Positions 9,805 to 18,562 of a DNA stretch of 64,000 nucleotides are shown piece after piece. Numbering within the stretch: position 1 is the stretch's first letter; each line of letters starts with the position of its first letter. The notes under the pieces are model-generated. The model saw only the letters and a program-made list of their open reading frames with translations. It ran no database searches and was not told the DNA's origin. Both the position numbers and the translations under genes were made by a program. Source of the DNA: Chloroflexota bacterium (lineage in GTDB: Bacteria > Chloroflexota > UBA11872 > VXOZ01); contig OZ244922.1 of NCBI GenBank assembly GCA_965221905.1, forward strand, positions 544,001-608,000, given 5' to 3'.

Positions 9805-11283
9805 CTACTCTCGCCGCCATGATCCCGAAGGGCTTTGCTCAGGGACACTATGGGGGTGATGGAGTCTGCCTTCGGCAGCATCGGCAAACCGGCCAATCCA
9901 CCGCTCAATAAATCCTTCCTCATCTCCTTGATCGACGGGCGTAAACGGCCAAGCAACCTGGAAATCAGTGATGACATTCGAAAGTGCGCGGTAGGCCTCT
10001 TGCCCCGGCTCTAGGGTGAATGGATTGACGTATGGACGTCTGGACATAGACGGGTTGAACATAAAGGCTGTTTCGAACCATCGAAAAACGCCTCTATCTC
10101 GAGCGTCACAATACCACAAGGAATGAGATCTGCCCTCGTACTCGTACATATCACGCGGAATGCGAAGGGTGATGCTTGCAAAAGCAACCACTTCGAATGG
10201 CGGCAAATAATGGGCCCCTTCGGCCGGCAGTTCTGCGCTCTTAGCAAGGTCCATTCTAAAATCAGCTCCGTTGAGGGCACATGACCACACTAGCGGCCCG
10301 AATCTTGGACTGCTCATTGGTGCATTCGCCACCACCTGCTCGTGAAGCAATTTCACTACATGCTCCAACGATGTGTCTGCCGCTTGGCGCAGCTCCTCCC
10401 GGCGTTCCCCTTCAGAACGGGCGACAGACACTATCCGATCTGCTTCAGCTTGTTGCTCTACCACTCTTTGATTGGCCTGCTGTAGTCGAGACGCAGCCTT
10501 TGAGGCAATCTCTAAGCTGCCATTTAATCGAGCAAGCATATTCTTAGGCTTTGGGCGCGCCCCGGGCGCCTTGAGGAGGCACTCAGCGATGAGGGATTGT
10601 AACCTAGGCGGAATGTCCGGTATGGTTCCCGGTTCTTCCTCAATGTGCTGGTGCCGATAGTCGGGACCTGAAAAGGGCAATCCTCCTGCAAGCAACTCAA
10701 AGGCGAGTACGCCTGTAGCATATACATCAGTCGCGCTGGTGGCACGCTGCCACATCCATTGCTCGGGAGCCGCGTATGGAGGGGTCATCGCATACTTGCG
10801 AGTATCCTGGGCAGTCGTGGCCTCAGCGTATCGGGAAATTCCAAAGTCAGCGAGACACCAGTGTCCGTTTAGCAGAAGGATGTTTGACGGCTTAATGTCC
10901 CGGTGAACTATGCGACCTTCAATCGACACCAAAGCATTTGCGACATCAATGAGCACCTCTACGGCTTTGTGTACAGGAAGTGGAACATCCTCACCGTCAA
11001 GATAGTCTCTTAGTGACTTCTCCGCCTTGGGCATCACCAGAACCCAATAGTTGTCCCATTCTCCACTATCTAGCACCGGTACAACGTTAGGCACTCCGCT
11101 CAAGTCTTCAAAGAGAAGCTCTCGCTCAGCACCAGAGTCCTTCGGGATGAACTTGACAACAGCCGGTGCTCCATCCCCTGACCACGCCAGGTAGACGCTT
11201 CCAAAGCCGCCCCTATCTAACTGATCGCCGATGCGCCAATCTTTGTTGAGCCTTATGACTTCAGGCATCTGCTTGTCGCTCAA
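9805..11283 (-). CDS. Hanks-type Ser/Thr protein kinase with coiled coil and uncharacterised C-terminal domain
   Basis: GGFGSVY, VVK, HRDIKPSN, DFG, APE, DVYATG; TTG start with GAAAGGAAGG SD; no TM helix seen. Confidence 0.92.
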   Translation of the reverse strand: MSDKQMPEVIRLNKDWRIGDQLDRGGFGSVYLAWSGDGAPAVVKFIPKDSGAERELLFEDLSGVPNVVPVLDSGEWDNYWVLVMPKAEKSLRDYLDGEDVPLPVHKAVEVLIDVANALVSIEGRIVHRDIKPSNILLLNGHWCLADFGISRYAEATTAQDTRKYAMTPPYAAPEQWMWQRATSATDVYATGVLAFELLAGGLPFSGPDYRHQHIEEEPGTIPDIPPRLQSLIAECLLKAPGARPKPKNMLARLNGSLEIASKAASRLQQANQRVVEQQAEADRIVSVARSEGERREELRQAADTSLEHVVKLLHEQVVANAPMSSPRFGPLVWSCALNGADFRMDLAKSAELPAEGAHYLPPFEVVAFASITLRIPRDMYEYEGRSHSLWYCDARDRGVFRWFETAFMFNPSMSRRPYVNPFTLEPGQEAYRALSNVITDFQVAWPFTPVDQGDEEGFIERWIGRFADAAEGRLHHPHSVPEQSPSGSWRRE

Positions 11284-11674
11284 GATTCCTTCCTTTCATA
11301 TCATCTTGCCCGGCTCAGGAGGCCGGGCCGCTGAAGTACGGTGAAAATTACAGTCCCTGGACTCCATTAGGTGCAATCGTGTCTCAGATCACCTCGCAAC
11401 AAGGCAAAATGCTGCCACACGACTCTGAGGGAGCCTCACTAACTATTTTAACCTGAATCAGCACTTGCTCCCAAAACTTGGCGATTGTCTATTGACAGCA
11501 ACTAGCATGGGTTTCCGCTGGCGCGCTGCCGCCAGCGATACGAGACTCACGTGGTTCTAACACATGCTCGCGTATGCAGAGCGCTATAGTGCGTTCATGC
11601 TATATTAAGCTTGTGCAGGAAACAGCGAGCGCAATAATAGCATACGTGTTAGCAGCATCCACGTCGAGGGTTTG

Positions 11675-11989
11675 ATGGAAACCTACGAGTTTGTGGGCAT
11701 AATCGTGACCGTGATCATTTCCGTGCTTGGTCTGGTATGGCGCTTTGAAACCCGTATGTCAGGCGTTGAAAACCGGCTTGAGAACCGTATCTCGGATGTC
11801 GAAAACCGATTGGGTGAGCGCTTGTCGGACGTTGAGAATCGGTTGGGCGAGCGGTTGTCGGATGTCGAGAGCCGGTTGGGCGAGCGCTTGTCGGATGTCG
11901 AGAGCCGGTTGGGCGAGCGCATATCCCACACAGAGGGCTTGCTTGAGGGCTACTTCTTGCAGGCAAGCAGCACAAAGGAACCCCGCTAA
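11675..11989 (+). CDS. Small membrane-anchored coiled-coil protein with 11-residue repeats
   Basis: N-terminal hydrophobic helix, then about 5x (L/I)SDVE(N/S)RLGER; GAGG SD. Confidence 0.7.
   Translation: METYEFVGIIVTVIISVLGLVWRFETRMSGVENRLENRISDVENRLGERLSDVENRLGERLSDVESRLGERLSDVESRLGERISHTEGLLEGYFLQASSTKEPR
11756..11920 (+). repeat. Five 33-bp tandem coding repeats
   Basis: TTGTCGGATGTCGAGAGCCGGTTGGGCGAGCGC-type units, last two identical. Confidence 0.9.
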
Positions 11990-12135
11990 GACGGGTGCCG
12001 GAAGACGTCGGCCCTAAGCTGGAAAACGTCGGCCCGAAAACACACTTTCCCTTTGGCGATTGCCAGCATTTCACTGACACTGCCCAGCGGTGTTGAATCA
12101 TTCCGCAGCGGTCAGGATGCGATCCTTGAGCGACG

Positions 12136-12303
12136 TTACTTTTTCTTCGGAGGAGGGGGTGGAGGCGGGGGAGGCTTTACTGCGGTTTGGGGTTTGGCGG
12201 CATTAACTGCGTCAGTTAGCATGGTTCCAGAATTCGCAGACTTACGGGACTCTCCTTTGGGTATTCCACGTCTACTTGGCGCCAGATTCGGTTCTTTAGC
12301 CAT
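12136..12303 (-). CDS. 55-aa Pro/Lys-rich peptide
   Basis: MAKEPNLAPSRRGIPKGESRKSANSGTMLTDAVNAAKPQTAVKPPPPPPPPPKKK*; ATG 3 nt after the upstream stop, GGAG SD. Confidence 0.5.
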   Translation of the reverse strand: MAKEPNLAPSRRGIPKGESRKSANSGTMLTDAVNAAKPQTAVKPPPPPPPPPKKK

Positions 12304-12306
12304 GAT

Positions 12307-12445
12307 CTACTCCGTAGCGATCTCAGAATGTCCCATTTCTAGAAACTCTACCATTTCCACTTCTTCACCAGGCACAATGATGACGGAAACTCCCGTTAAG
12401 GGTAGGCGCTTCCCTTCATTCAATCATTCCGCTTCAGCGCTTTGT
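12307..12445 (-). pseudogene. 3' remnant of a DUF6338-like gene
   Basis: AEAE*LNEGKRLPLTGVSVIIVPGEEVEMVEFL resembles the recalled DUF6338 C-terminus (EAEWL...GV..I.IP..EVEMVEF); Trp codon is TGA at 12424-12426; 5' part absent. Confidence 0.5.
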
Positions 12446-12489
12446 AGTTCAGCGTTACTAGCCCTCGACGCCCCGACTAGGGGAAATAG

Positions 12490-13617
12490 TTACTCCAAGT
12501 ATACGGCGTAGACGCGGCTGATTACGTGGCAGCCTTCTTGGATGACGACGATGTTGTTGTGGAGCCAGGCGTGGGGCTCGATGAAGTTGGAGAGTTGGCG
12601 GATCGTTGCGGTTTTCAGGTTGTAGGCGAAGGCGCCGGTGCGGACGCGGCCCCTTTCGGGGCCGAACACGTCGCAGGCCTGTCTGACGGTCCAAACCACA
12701 TAGTCATCAGAAACCACTGGCATGGCTTCGTTGCGCCCCGCTTCTGCGAGCGCGCGCTGTTGTCCGGTGCCGCGGTCCAACAGGTGTATGCGCGACTTGC
12801 CTTCTTCGTAGAACTCCTGCCATACAATGTATTGGCCGTGGATGGTCGGGGCCGCGTTGTAATACCCCGAGGCGAAAAGCAGTGTCTCTGCCCCGGTGGT
12901 GATGTCGTAGGCATAGATGTCGAAGGGATTGTCGGCGCAGTTGGAGCAGCCCGACTTGCCGGTTCCCCGCACCGGGCTATTGCGGTTGTCTGCCCAGACA
13001 ACCGTATCGCCCTGGATCGCCGGCCTTTGGTGGCCGTCCGTCGCCATGGCAATTGGAAGTTCCTTGCCGCTCGCTATATCGAAGGCATAAATGTCATACT
13101 CCCATTGGCCGTCTCCGCCTTCCTTGCGGCCACTCTGCCACACCAGGCGCGAACCTGAGATTCGCAAACCGGACCGACTTGCCGGTGCGTCGGTGATGCG
13201 GCGCTGCTCTCCCGTACGCCGGTCAAACAGGAAGACATCGTCGGCGTAAAGGGGCGTCCTACTGGTGCTGTCGGGGAGTGCGAGCTGCCGTCGTTGGTCC
13301 AGCCAAGCCACGAAATCGGCAGCGACCACGGCATTCCACTTATGGTGTCCATCAGAGGTGAGTTGGCGTTTTTCTCCGGTTGCGACGGTCACCAGATAGA
13401 TCTCGCCATCCTCGCCAGTGCCAACGGCTTCGCCATTGGAAATGTCCGAGATCAGGACATCCGTGCCCAACTCCACCACGCGCAGATCGGTTATGGGCAG
13501 CGGCGTCAGATTCGGCGGCGCACTTGGCGAAAGACCGCCGCAGGCCAGGCTGAAGACTGTCACCAGGGTCGCGAAAAGGAAGAATGCCGCTCTTGTCCCT
13601 CGACCGGATGGTTTCAT
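12490..13617 (-). CDS. Beta-propeller (TolB-like) surface lipoprotein
   Basis: Lipobox LAC; repeated blades (PAIQGDTVVWADNRN, DIYAYDITTG, PTIHGQYIVWQE); start moved to ATG 13617. Confidence 0.75.
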   Translation of the reverse strand: MKPSGRGTRAAFFLFATLVTVFSLACGGLSPSAPPNLTPLPITDLRVVELGTDVLISDISNGEAVGTGEDGEIYLVTVATGEKRQLTSDGHHKWNAVVAADFVAWLDQRRQLALPDSTSRTPLYADDVFLFDRRTGEQRRITDAPASRSGLRISGSRLVWQSGRKEGGDGQWEYDIYAFDIASGKELPIAMATDGHQRPAIQGDTVVWADNRNSPVRGTGKSGCSNCADNPFDIYAYDITTGAETLLFASGYYNAAPTIHGQYIVWQEFYEEGKSRIHLLDRGTGQQRALAEAGRNEAMPVVSDDYVVWTVRQACDVFGPERGRVRTGAFAYNLKTATIRQLSNFIEPHAWLHNNIVVIQEGCHVISRVYAVYLE

Positions 13618-13842
13618 GCAACTGCCCTCCACCGCGGAGAATCCGGGTAAGTTTGCTATCGTCGTCCGTACGGCCTGCATTACGTCCATTGTGGACAACA
13701 ATCCATTGCTTTGCAGCGTTACAATACACGCGCTACTCGGAAGGCCTGGCATATCGCAAGATCAGGCCCGCGTTCTCCCTACCTATATAAACGCAAAAGC
13801 ACGCTGGGGTGCAGCGTGTTGGTCATATGCTTTTGCGTTGTG

Positions 13843-13917
13843 TGGTGGCGGGGGTGAGACTCGAACTCACAACCTAGGGCTTATGAGTCCCCCGCTCTGC
13901 CTTTGAGCTACCCCGCC
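13843..13917 (-). tRNA. tRNA-Met (CAT), elongator-type, CCA encoded
   Basis: Reverse complement GGCGGGGTAGCTCAAAGGCAGAGCGGGGGACTCATAAGCCCTAGGTTGTGAGTTCGAGTCTCACCCCCGCCACCA forms a cloverleaf with G1-C72 paired. Confidence 0.93.
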
Positions 13918-13978
13918 GATCATGTATGCGCCATTTCAGTCTGCCTGTGGGGACACGCACAGGTAAAGCGCAAACAAG

Positions 13979-14051
13979 TGGGCCCACCTGGGATCGAACC
14001 AGGGACCTTCTCCTTATGAGGGAGCAGCTCTAACCGCTGAGCTATGGGCCC
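13979..14051 (-). tRNA. tRNA with CAT anticodon, probably tRNA-Ile2 (lysidine); CCA not encoded
   Basis: Reverse complement GGGCCCATAGCTCAGCGGTTAGAGCTGCTCCCTCATAAGGAGAAGGTCCCTGGTTCGATCCCAGGTGGGCCCA; Ile-like acceptor stem. Confidence 0.88.
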
Positions 14052-14089
14052 TAGCCACGCCGCTGTACGCAAACGCGTGACTCACTTGC

Positions 14090-14119
14090 ATTATACGGAG
14101 CCGTTCCCACGAGCGTCAA
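14090..14119 (-). promoter_or_regulatory. Sigma70-type promoter of the tRNA pair
   Basis: TTGACG-N18-TATAAT on the minus strand, about 40 nt upstream of the first tRNA. Confidence 0.75.
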
Positions 14120-14210
14120 TTGCTGCGTATGGCGGGCAGGCTAGTCGCGCCTAGCTTCTAAACGTGGAACAATTGTGGCAGCGCGAGCGTGGTACCATGC
14201 TGCCGAGGAC

Positions 14211-14280
14211 GCCGGCAAGCTGCTGAGAGCACTGGCATGTTGCCGAAGTCGCTGGCATGTTGCCGAAGTCGCCGGCATGG
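14211..14280. repeat. 20-bp tandem repeat, about 3.5 copies
   Basis: gccggcaagctgctgagagc / actggcatgttgccgaagtc / gctggcatgttgccgaagtc / gccggcatgg. Confidence 0.75.
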
Positions 14281-14360
14281 GCGCCTTCGCTGCTTAGCCG
14301 AATTGCCTGCCTTACTATTCACATCAGACCGCTAGCACCACGTTAAGGGGAGACTTCTCA

Positions 14361-15314
14361 ATGGCTCGGTTTCTGACGGAAGAGAACGTGCGACAGCTCC
14401 TTCCCATGGAGGAGGCGCTGGAGCAGGTGGAGGCCTGTCTTCATGCCTTGGGCACAGGGCAAGCGCGCAATCAACCGCGCCGCCGCATCCGCATGCCCGG
14501 CGGCATGATGCACGTGTTGTCCGCCGGTGACGCGGCGCTTGGCGTCTTCGGGCACAAGGTGTACACCACCACCCGACGCGGCGCGCGTTTCCTGGTCACG
14601 CTTTACAGCACGGAAGACGGCAGACCGCTCGCCGTGCTCGAAGCCGGGCTGCTCGGCGCAATTCGCACTGGTGCCGCGAGCGGTATTGCCACTAAGTACT
14701 TGGCCAACGCCGATGCGGCGGTGCTGGGCGTGCTTGGCACGGGCCGCCAGTCGCCGACGCAGATCCAGGCCGTGTGTGCCGTGCGGCCGATTACGCAGGT
14801 GCTCGTGTACAGCCGGAACGCGGAGCGGCGCGAGGCGTTTGCGCAAGAGATGACGGAATCCCTGGGTATTCCGGTTAGGGCGGTGGGCAGCGCACAAGAG
14901 GCGGTCCAGGCTGCAGAAGTAGTGTCCGCGATCACGAATAGCAAGCAGCCGGTGCTGGCCGGGGCATGGCTCAAGCCCGGTGTCCACGTGAACGCCGCCG
15001 GCAACAACATGCTGGTGGAGCAAGAGGTGGATACCGACGTCTTCCGGCGCGCCTGGCTCATCGCCACGGATTCCCTGGAAGGCGCAAAGCTCGAGTGCGG
15101 CGACCTGCTGGCCGCGGTGGAACCGGGCATCGTGCAATGGGAGGACGTGATCGAGATCGGCCGGGTGGTAGCGGGTCGGTATCCCATCGCCCGCCCGCCC
15201 GAGGCGATTACGGTCTACGAATCACAGGGCATTGCCGCTGAAGACCTCTACGCTGCCGTGCACGTGCTCCGCAAAGCCGAGGCACAGGGGATTGGAGAAG
15301 AGTTGCCGTTCTAG
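14361..15314 (+). CDS. Ornithine cyclodeaminase / mu-crystallin family protein
   Basis: IRTGAASGIATKYLA, GVLGTGRQ, WLKPGVHVNAAG, YESQGIAAED. Confidence 0.9.
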   Translation: MARFLTEENVRQLLPMEEALEQVEACLHALGTGQARNQPRRRIRMPGGMMHVLSAGDAALGVFGHKVYTTTRRGARFLVTLYSTEDGRPLAVLEAGLLGAIRTGAASGIATKYLANADAAVLGVLGTGRQSPTQIQAVCAVRPITQVLVYSRNAERREAFAQEMTESLGIPVRAVGSAQEAVQAAEVVSAITNSKQPVLAGAWLKPGVHVNAAGNNMLVEQEVDTDVFRRAWLIATDSLEGAKLECGDLLAAVEPGIVQWEDVIEIGRVVAGRYPIARPPEAITVYESQGIAAEDLYAAVHVLRKAEAQGIGEELPF

Positions 15315-15454
15315 CGCGGCTAAGCATGGGCGATGATGGCTTGATGCCAAGCTGGAGTGTGGCCGCTTCGTGCGCTCCAGCTAGGGCTAACCAAAGTTTG
15401 CGCTAGCCGCAGAGTGTTGACATAAAGCGCGGCTCACCTTCCGCGCACACTTCG

Positions 15455-16006
15455 TCACAGGCCCAGTTCTTCGGAGATGCCCTGGAGCGCCGTTAAGTTT
15501 ATGGCGGCGAATTCCGGCAGCGTGAAGCCGATGCCGCTGCAGGTCTCGATCTCCTCGCGCTTGGCGGTGGCGGCGAACGCTTTTTCCTTGTACTTGCGCA
15601 TGACGAATTTCGGCGTTACCGAAGCGAGCTTCTTGTCAGGCCGCACGAGCGCGCAGGCGATGATCAAGCCGGAGAGGTTGTCGCAGGCGTAGAGCGCTTT
15701 GTCCATCAGGCTCTCGCGGGGCACCCCGTGCTCGTCGCTGTGGGCACGAACGGCGTGGATCACACGGGGATCGCAATTGCGTTCTTCCAGTAGCTTCGCC
15801 ATCAGTAGCGTATGCTGGGCCGGGTCCTTTTCGGTGGCTTCGTAATCGGCGTCGTGCATTAATCCCGCCAGGCCCCATAGGTCTTCGTCCTCGCCAAAGT
15901 GCCGCGCCAACTCCCGCATACACGCTTCCACCGCGAGACAGTGCTTCACGAGGTTCTTGCTTTTCAGCAACTCATTGACGAGTTCCATGCCTTCATCTCG
16001 GGTCAT
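15455..16006 (-). CDS. HD-domain (HDIG-type) phosphohydrolase
   Basis: KHCLAVEACM, GLMHDADYE, ALYACDNLSGLI. Confidence 0.88.
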   Translation of the reverse strand: MTRDEGMELVNELLKSKNLVKHCLAVEACMRELARHFGEDEDLWGLAGLMHDADYEATEKDPAQHTLLMAKLLEERNCDPRVIHAVRAHSDEHGVPRESLMDKALYACDNLSGLIIACALVRPDKKLASVTPKFVMRKYKEKAFAATAKREEIETCSGIGFTLPEFAAINLTALQGISEELGL

Positions 16007-16214
16007 CGCACTCTTTCTCCTCGTTGCGTTGCGTTCGTAGCTTTTGTGCCGTTCAGGTTAGGCGTTGTCAGGCGTAGACGCCAGTGATTTACGTATAGTC
16101 AAACGAGAGTCCGGTTTGCATTCGTGCGTTGCCATTAGCACTGCGCCACTATGTATAGTACCGTATACGGAGACGACCAGACCGAGAAAACTTCCTAACT
16201 GCGGAGGTGCGCCG

Positions 16215-17246
16215 GTGTCTTCAAAAGTGCGTTTTGGTATCGCGGGTATGGACCATTGGTACGCCGGATTTGGGGCGTTGCGGGGCATTGCCGAGCATGA
16301 GAGTGCGGTGGTTACGGCGGCGGCGCACCGCAAGACGGCGTATCTGGAAGCAGCAGCCGAGGAATTCGGGATCCCGTATACGACCGACGACTACCACGAG
16401 ATTGTACGCCGCGACGACGTAGACGTGGTCGTGGCGGCGTGCACCACGGTTGAAGCTCCCGCGCTCTGCCAAGAGGCGGCGCGCCTCGGCAAGCACGTCA
16501 TCTGCGTGAAGCCCATGGCGCTCACTTTGGACGATGCCGATGCGGTGGTGGCGGCGGTGAATCACGCAGGAGTGGGCTTCTTCCCGCTGGAGGCAATTCA
16601 AGCGAGCGGCGGCGCGGCGCGGCAGTACGGCCAATGGTTGCAAGAGGGACGCATCGGCGATCCCATCAGCGCCACCGTGATCCGGCGCGGTGGGTCGCCC
16701 ACGCAGGAGTGGCCCGGCGTGCACGTGGCGCGCACCTGGTGGCTGGATGCGACGAAAGCCCCGGGCGGCGGCTGGATCGACCACTCCATCTACGACGTCC
16801 ACATGCTGCGTAGGCTGCTGCAGGCAGAAGTCGTGCGCGTGACCGGCGCAACCGCGAACCTGATCCACAAGGATATACCGCTGGAAGATTTCGGCGTGGC
16901 GACGCTCACGTTTGATAACGGCGTGGTGGCAACGTTGGAAGTCACCTGGTCAAGCGGTCCGCAGTCGGGCATGCACGCGTTTCAGCTTGTGGGTACCGAA
17001 GGGCAGATCGCTACCGACGGCATCTCCGGCAAGCTGGCGGTGCGGGGCAACTTTGCGCCCTGGCAGGGCTGGGTGCTCTCCGATAATGTGCAGAGTCAGA
17101 GCGATAGCAGCATTGGTCTTATGGTGGACTACGTGCAACACGGCACGCCGCTGCCCGCCACAGTCGAGGACGGGCGGCAAAACCTGGCAGTGTGCCTCGC
17201 CTTTTACGAGGGCGCTCGCCATGACCGCGTCGTGTTGCTGCCGTAG
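16215..17246 (+). CDS. Gfo/Idh/MocA family oxidoreductase
   Basis: VRFGIAG, GKHVICVKPMA, GGGWIDHSIY; GTG start at 16215 after GGAGGT. Confidence 0.88.
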   Translation: MSSKVRFGIAGMDHWYAGFGALRGIAEHESAVVTAAAHRKTAYLEAAAEEFGIPYTTDDYHEIVRRDDVDVVVAACTTVEAPALCQEAARLGKHVICVKPMALTLDDADAVVAAVNHAGVGFFPLEAIQASGGAARQYGQWLQEGRIGDPISATVIRRGGSPTQEWPGVHVARTWWLDATKAPGGGWIDHSIYDVHMLRRLLQAEVVRVTGATANLIHKDIPLEDFGVATLTFDNGVVATLEVTWSSGPQSGMHAFQLVGTEGQIATDGISGKLAVRGNFAPWQGWVLSDNVQSQSDSSIGLMVDYVQHGTPLPATVEDGRQNLAVCLAFYEGARHDRVVLLP

Positions 17247-17364
17247 TGTGCGAAAGCTACTTCAATGGTGTCGCATTGAAGTCAGAGGAGGAAGCTTGGC
17301 AGCGCCCACGCGCTACGCGAAGGCGTATTTCCTCTCCTCCAGAGGCGCGAATCGCTCCCTCTCC

Positions 17365-17390
17365 TTGGGCAGAGGGCTGGGGCGAGGGGG
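17365..17390. repeat. Part of a REP-like hairpin, CCCTCACCCC..CCCTCTCCC...GGGAGAGGG family (reverse orientation)
   Basis: CCCTCTCCTTGGGCAGAGGGCTGGGGCGAGGGG; copies at about 22803, 28852, 31451, 47711, 47866, 48021, 49863, 63270, 63428. Confidence 0.8.
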
Positions 17391-17460
17391 AATTGCAGCG
17401 TCGCGGCAATGAATAGAGACATTCAACCACTAGGATTGTGTTCAAGCAGAAGGGCGCAGA

Positions 17461-17483
17461 CGCAGGTTGCAAACCTGCGCTAC
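17461..17483. repeat. REP-like palindrome CGCAGGTTGCAAACCTGCGCTAC
   Basis: Inverted copy at about 38044-38066 (AGCGCAGGTTTGCAACCTGCG). Confidence 0.7.
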
Positions 17484-17636
17484 CGGGCAGGCTACCGAGA
17501 ATACCATGTTCTTCATCCCGGCGGCTAATACGGCGACAGTAAGCGGCCTCTCCCACTGCCCCGATTCCGTTGCGTCGTCATACGTCCGGCCAAGTCCGAG
17601 ACGCGCCAAGCCGTTAGTCTCACACACGGTACACCC

Positions 17637-18395
17637 ATGAGCACGGTTATCGCGATTGCGAACCAAAAGGGCGGCGTCGGCAAGACCACTACCGCGGTCA
17701 ATCTGGGTGCGTACCTCGCGCTTTACAAGCACGCCGTGCTCTTGGTGGACTTGGACCCGCAGGCAAACACGACCGGCGGCTTGGGCATCCCAAAGCGCGA
17801 TCCCAGCATTTACCACGTGCTGCGCGGTATGGCGCAGGCGCAAGACCTCACCGTAACTGTCGAAAACGCGCCCAATCTCTGGACTCTGCCCTCCAGCCCC
17901 GCGTTGGCGGGCCTGGAAACGGAGGCGGTGGAACTGCCGGAGCGCGAGTATCTCTTGCGCGCCGTGCTCGCGCCGTTGCGCAGCACGTATGCGTATGTGC
18001 TGATAGACTGCCCCCCGTCACTCGGCATGCTCACGGTGAACGGCCTCTGCGCTGCCGATGAGGTGATCATTCCGGTACAGTGTGAGTATCTGGCGCTGGA
18101 GGGGCTGGCGCAATTGCTGGATACGGTCAGGCGAGTGCGCAGCGGCCTGCACCCGACCCTGGGCCGCGTGCAGATACTGTTAACGATGTACGATACACGC
18201 ACGCGATTGGCGCAGCAGGTGCGCGACGAGGTCCGCTCGCACTTTCCGGGTCAGGTGTTCGAGACGGTGATCACGCGCAACGTGCGTTTGGCGGAAGCGC
18301 CAAGCCATGGACGCACGATACTGGCGTACGATCCCTTCTCGAAAGGGGCCGAAGGATATCGTCACCTGGCAGAGGAAGTATTGGCCGGTAATTGA
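17637..18395 (+). CDS. parA: Chromosome partitioning ATPase ParA/Soj
   Basis: NQKGGVGKTTT, DLDPQAN, DCPPSLG, PVQCEYLALEG, RNVRLAEAPSHG. Confidence 0.96.
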   Translation: MSTVIAIANQKGGVGKTTTAVNLGAYLALYKHAVLLVDLDPQANTTGGLGIPKRDPSIYHVLRGMAQAQDLTVTVENAPNLWTLPSSPALAGLETEAVELPEREYLLRAVLAPLRSTYAYVLIDCPPSLGMLTVNGLCAADEVIIPVQCEYLALEGLAQLLDTVRRVRSGLHPTLGRVQILLTMYDTRTRLAQQVRDEVRSHFPGQVFETVITRNVRLAEAPSHGRTILAYDPFSKGAEGYRHLAEEVLAGN

Positions 18396-18402
18396 AATCT
18401 CA

Positions 18403-18542
18403 CGTCATTCCGAGCGCCAGCGAGGAATCTAGAGTCGCAATAGGAGTGTTCTCCCCTGCTTGGCAAGACAACAACTCATACAATGAAGATGGATTCCGGC
18501 CCCGTATCGTGGTACGGGGCGGGCTTTTCGCCGGAATGACGG
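18403..18542. repeat. Inverted pair of GTCATTCC-family REPs between parA and parB
   Basis: CGTCATTCCGAGCGCCAGCGAGGAATCT ... GGATTCCGG[CCCCGTATCGTGGTACGGGG]...CCGGAATGACGG. Confidence 0.8.
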
Positions 18543-18562
18543 TTGAGAGGAGATAGGCAAGA

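Noticed and set aside
11756-11920. CRISPR-like 33-bp repeats
   Set aside because: Contiguous coding repeats without spacers.
12053-12511. 152-aa plus-strand ORF with poly-Gly
   Set aside because: Antisense shadow of the minus-strand poly-Pro ORF and DUF6338-like remnant.
5300-13842. tRNA-Met-integrated element with att sites
   Set aside because: No integrase and no duplicate of the tRNA 3' end found by eye; island status rests on gene content only.
14156-14171. parS site (TTCTAAACGTGGAACA)
   Set aside because: Only 12/16 to the consensus with a broken left half; no convincing parS seen near parAB.
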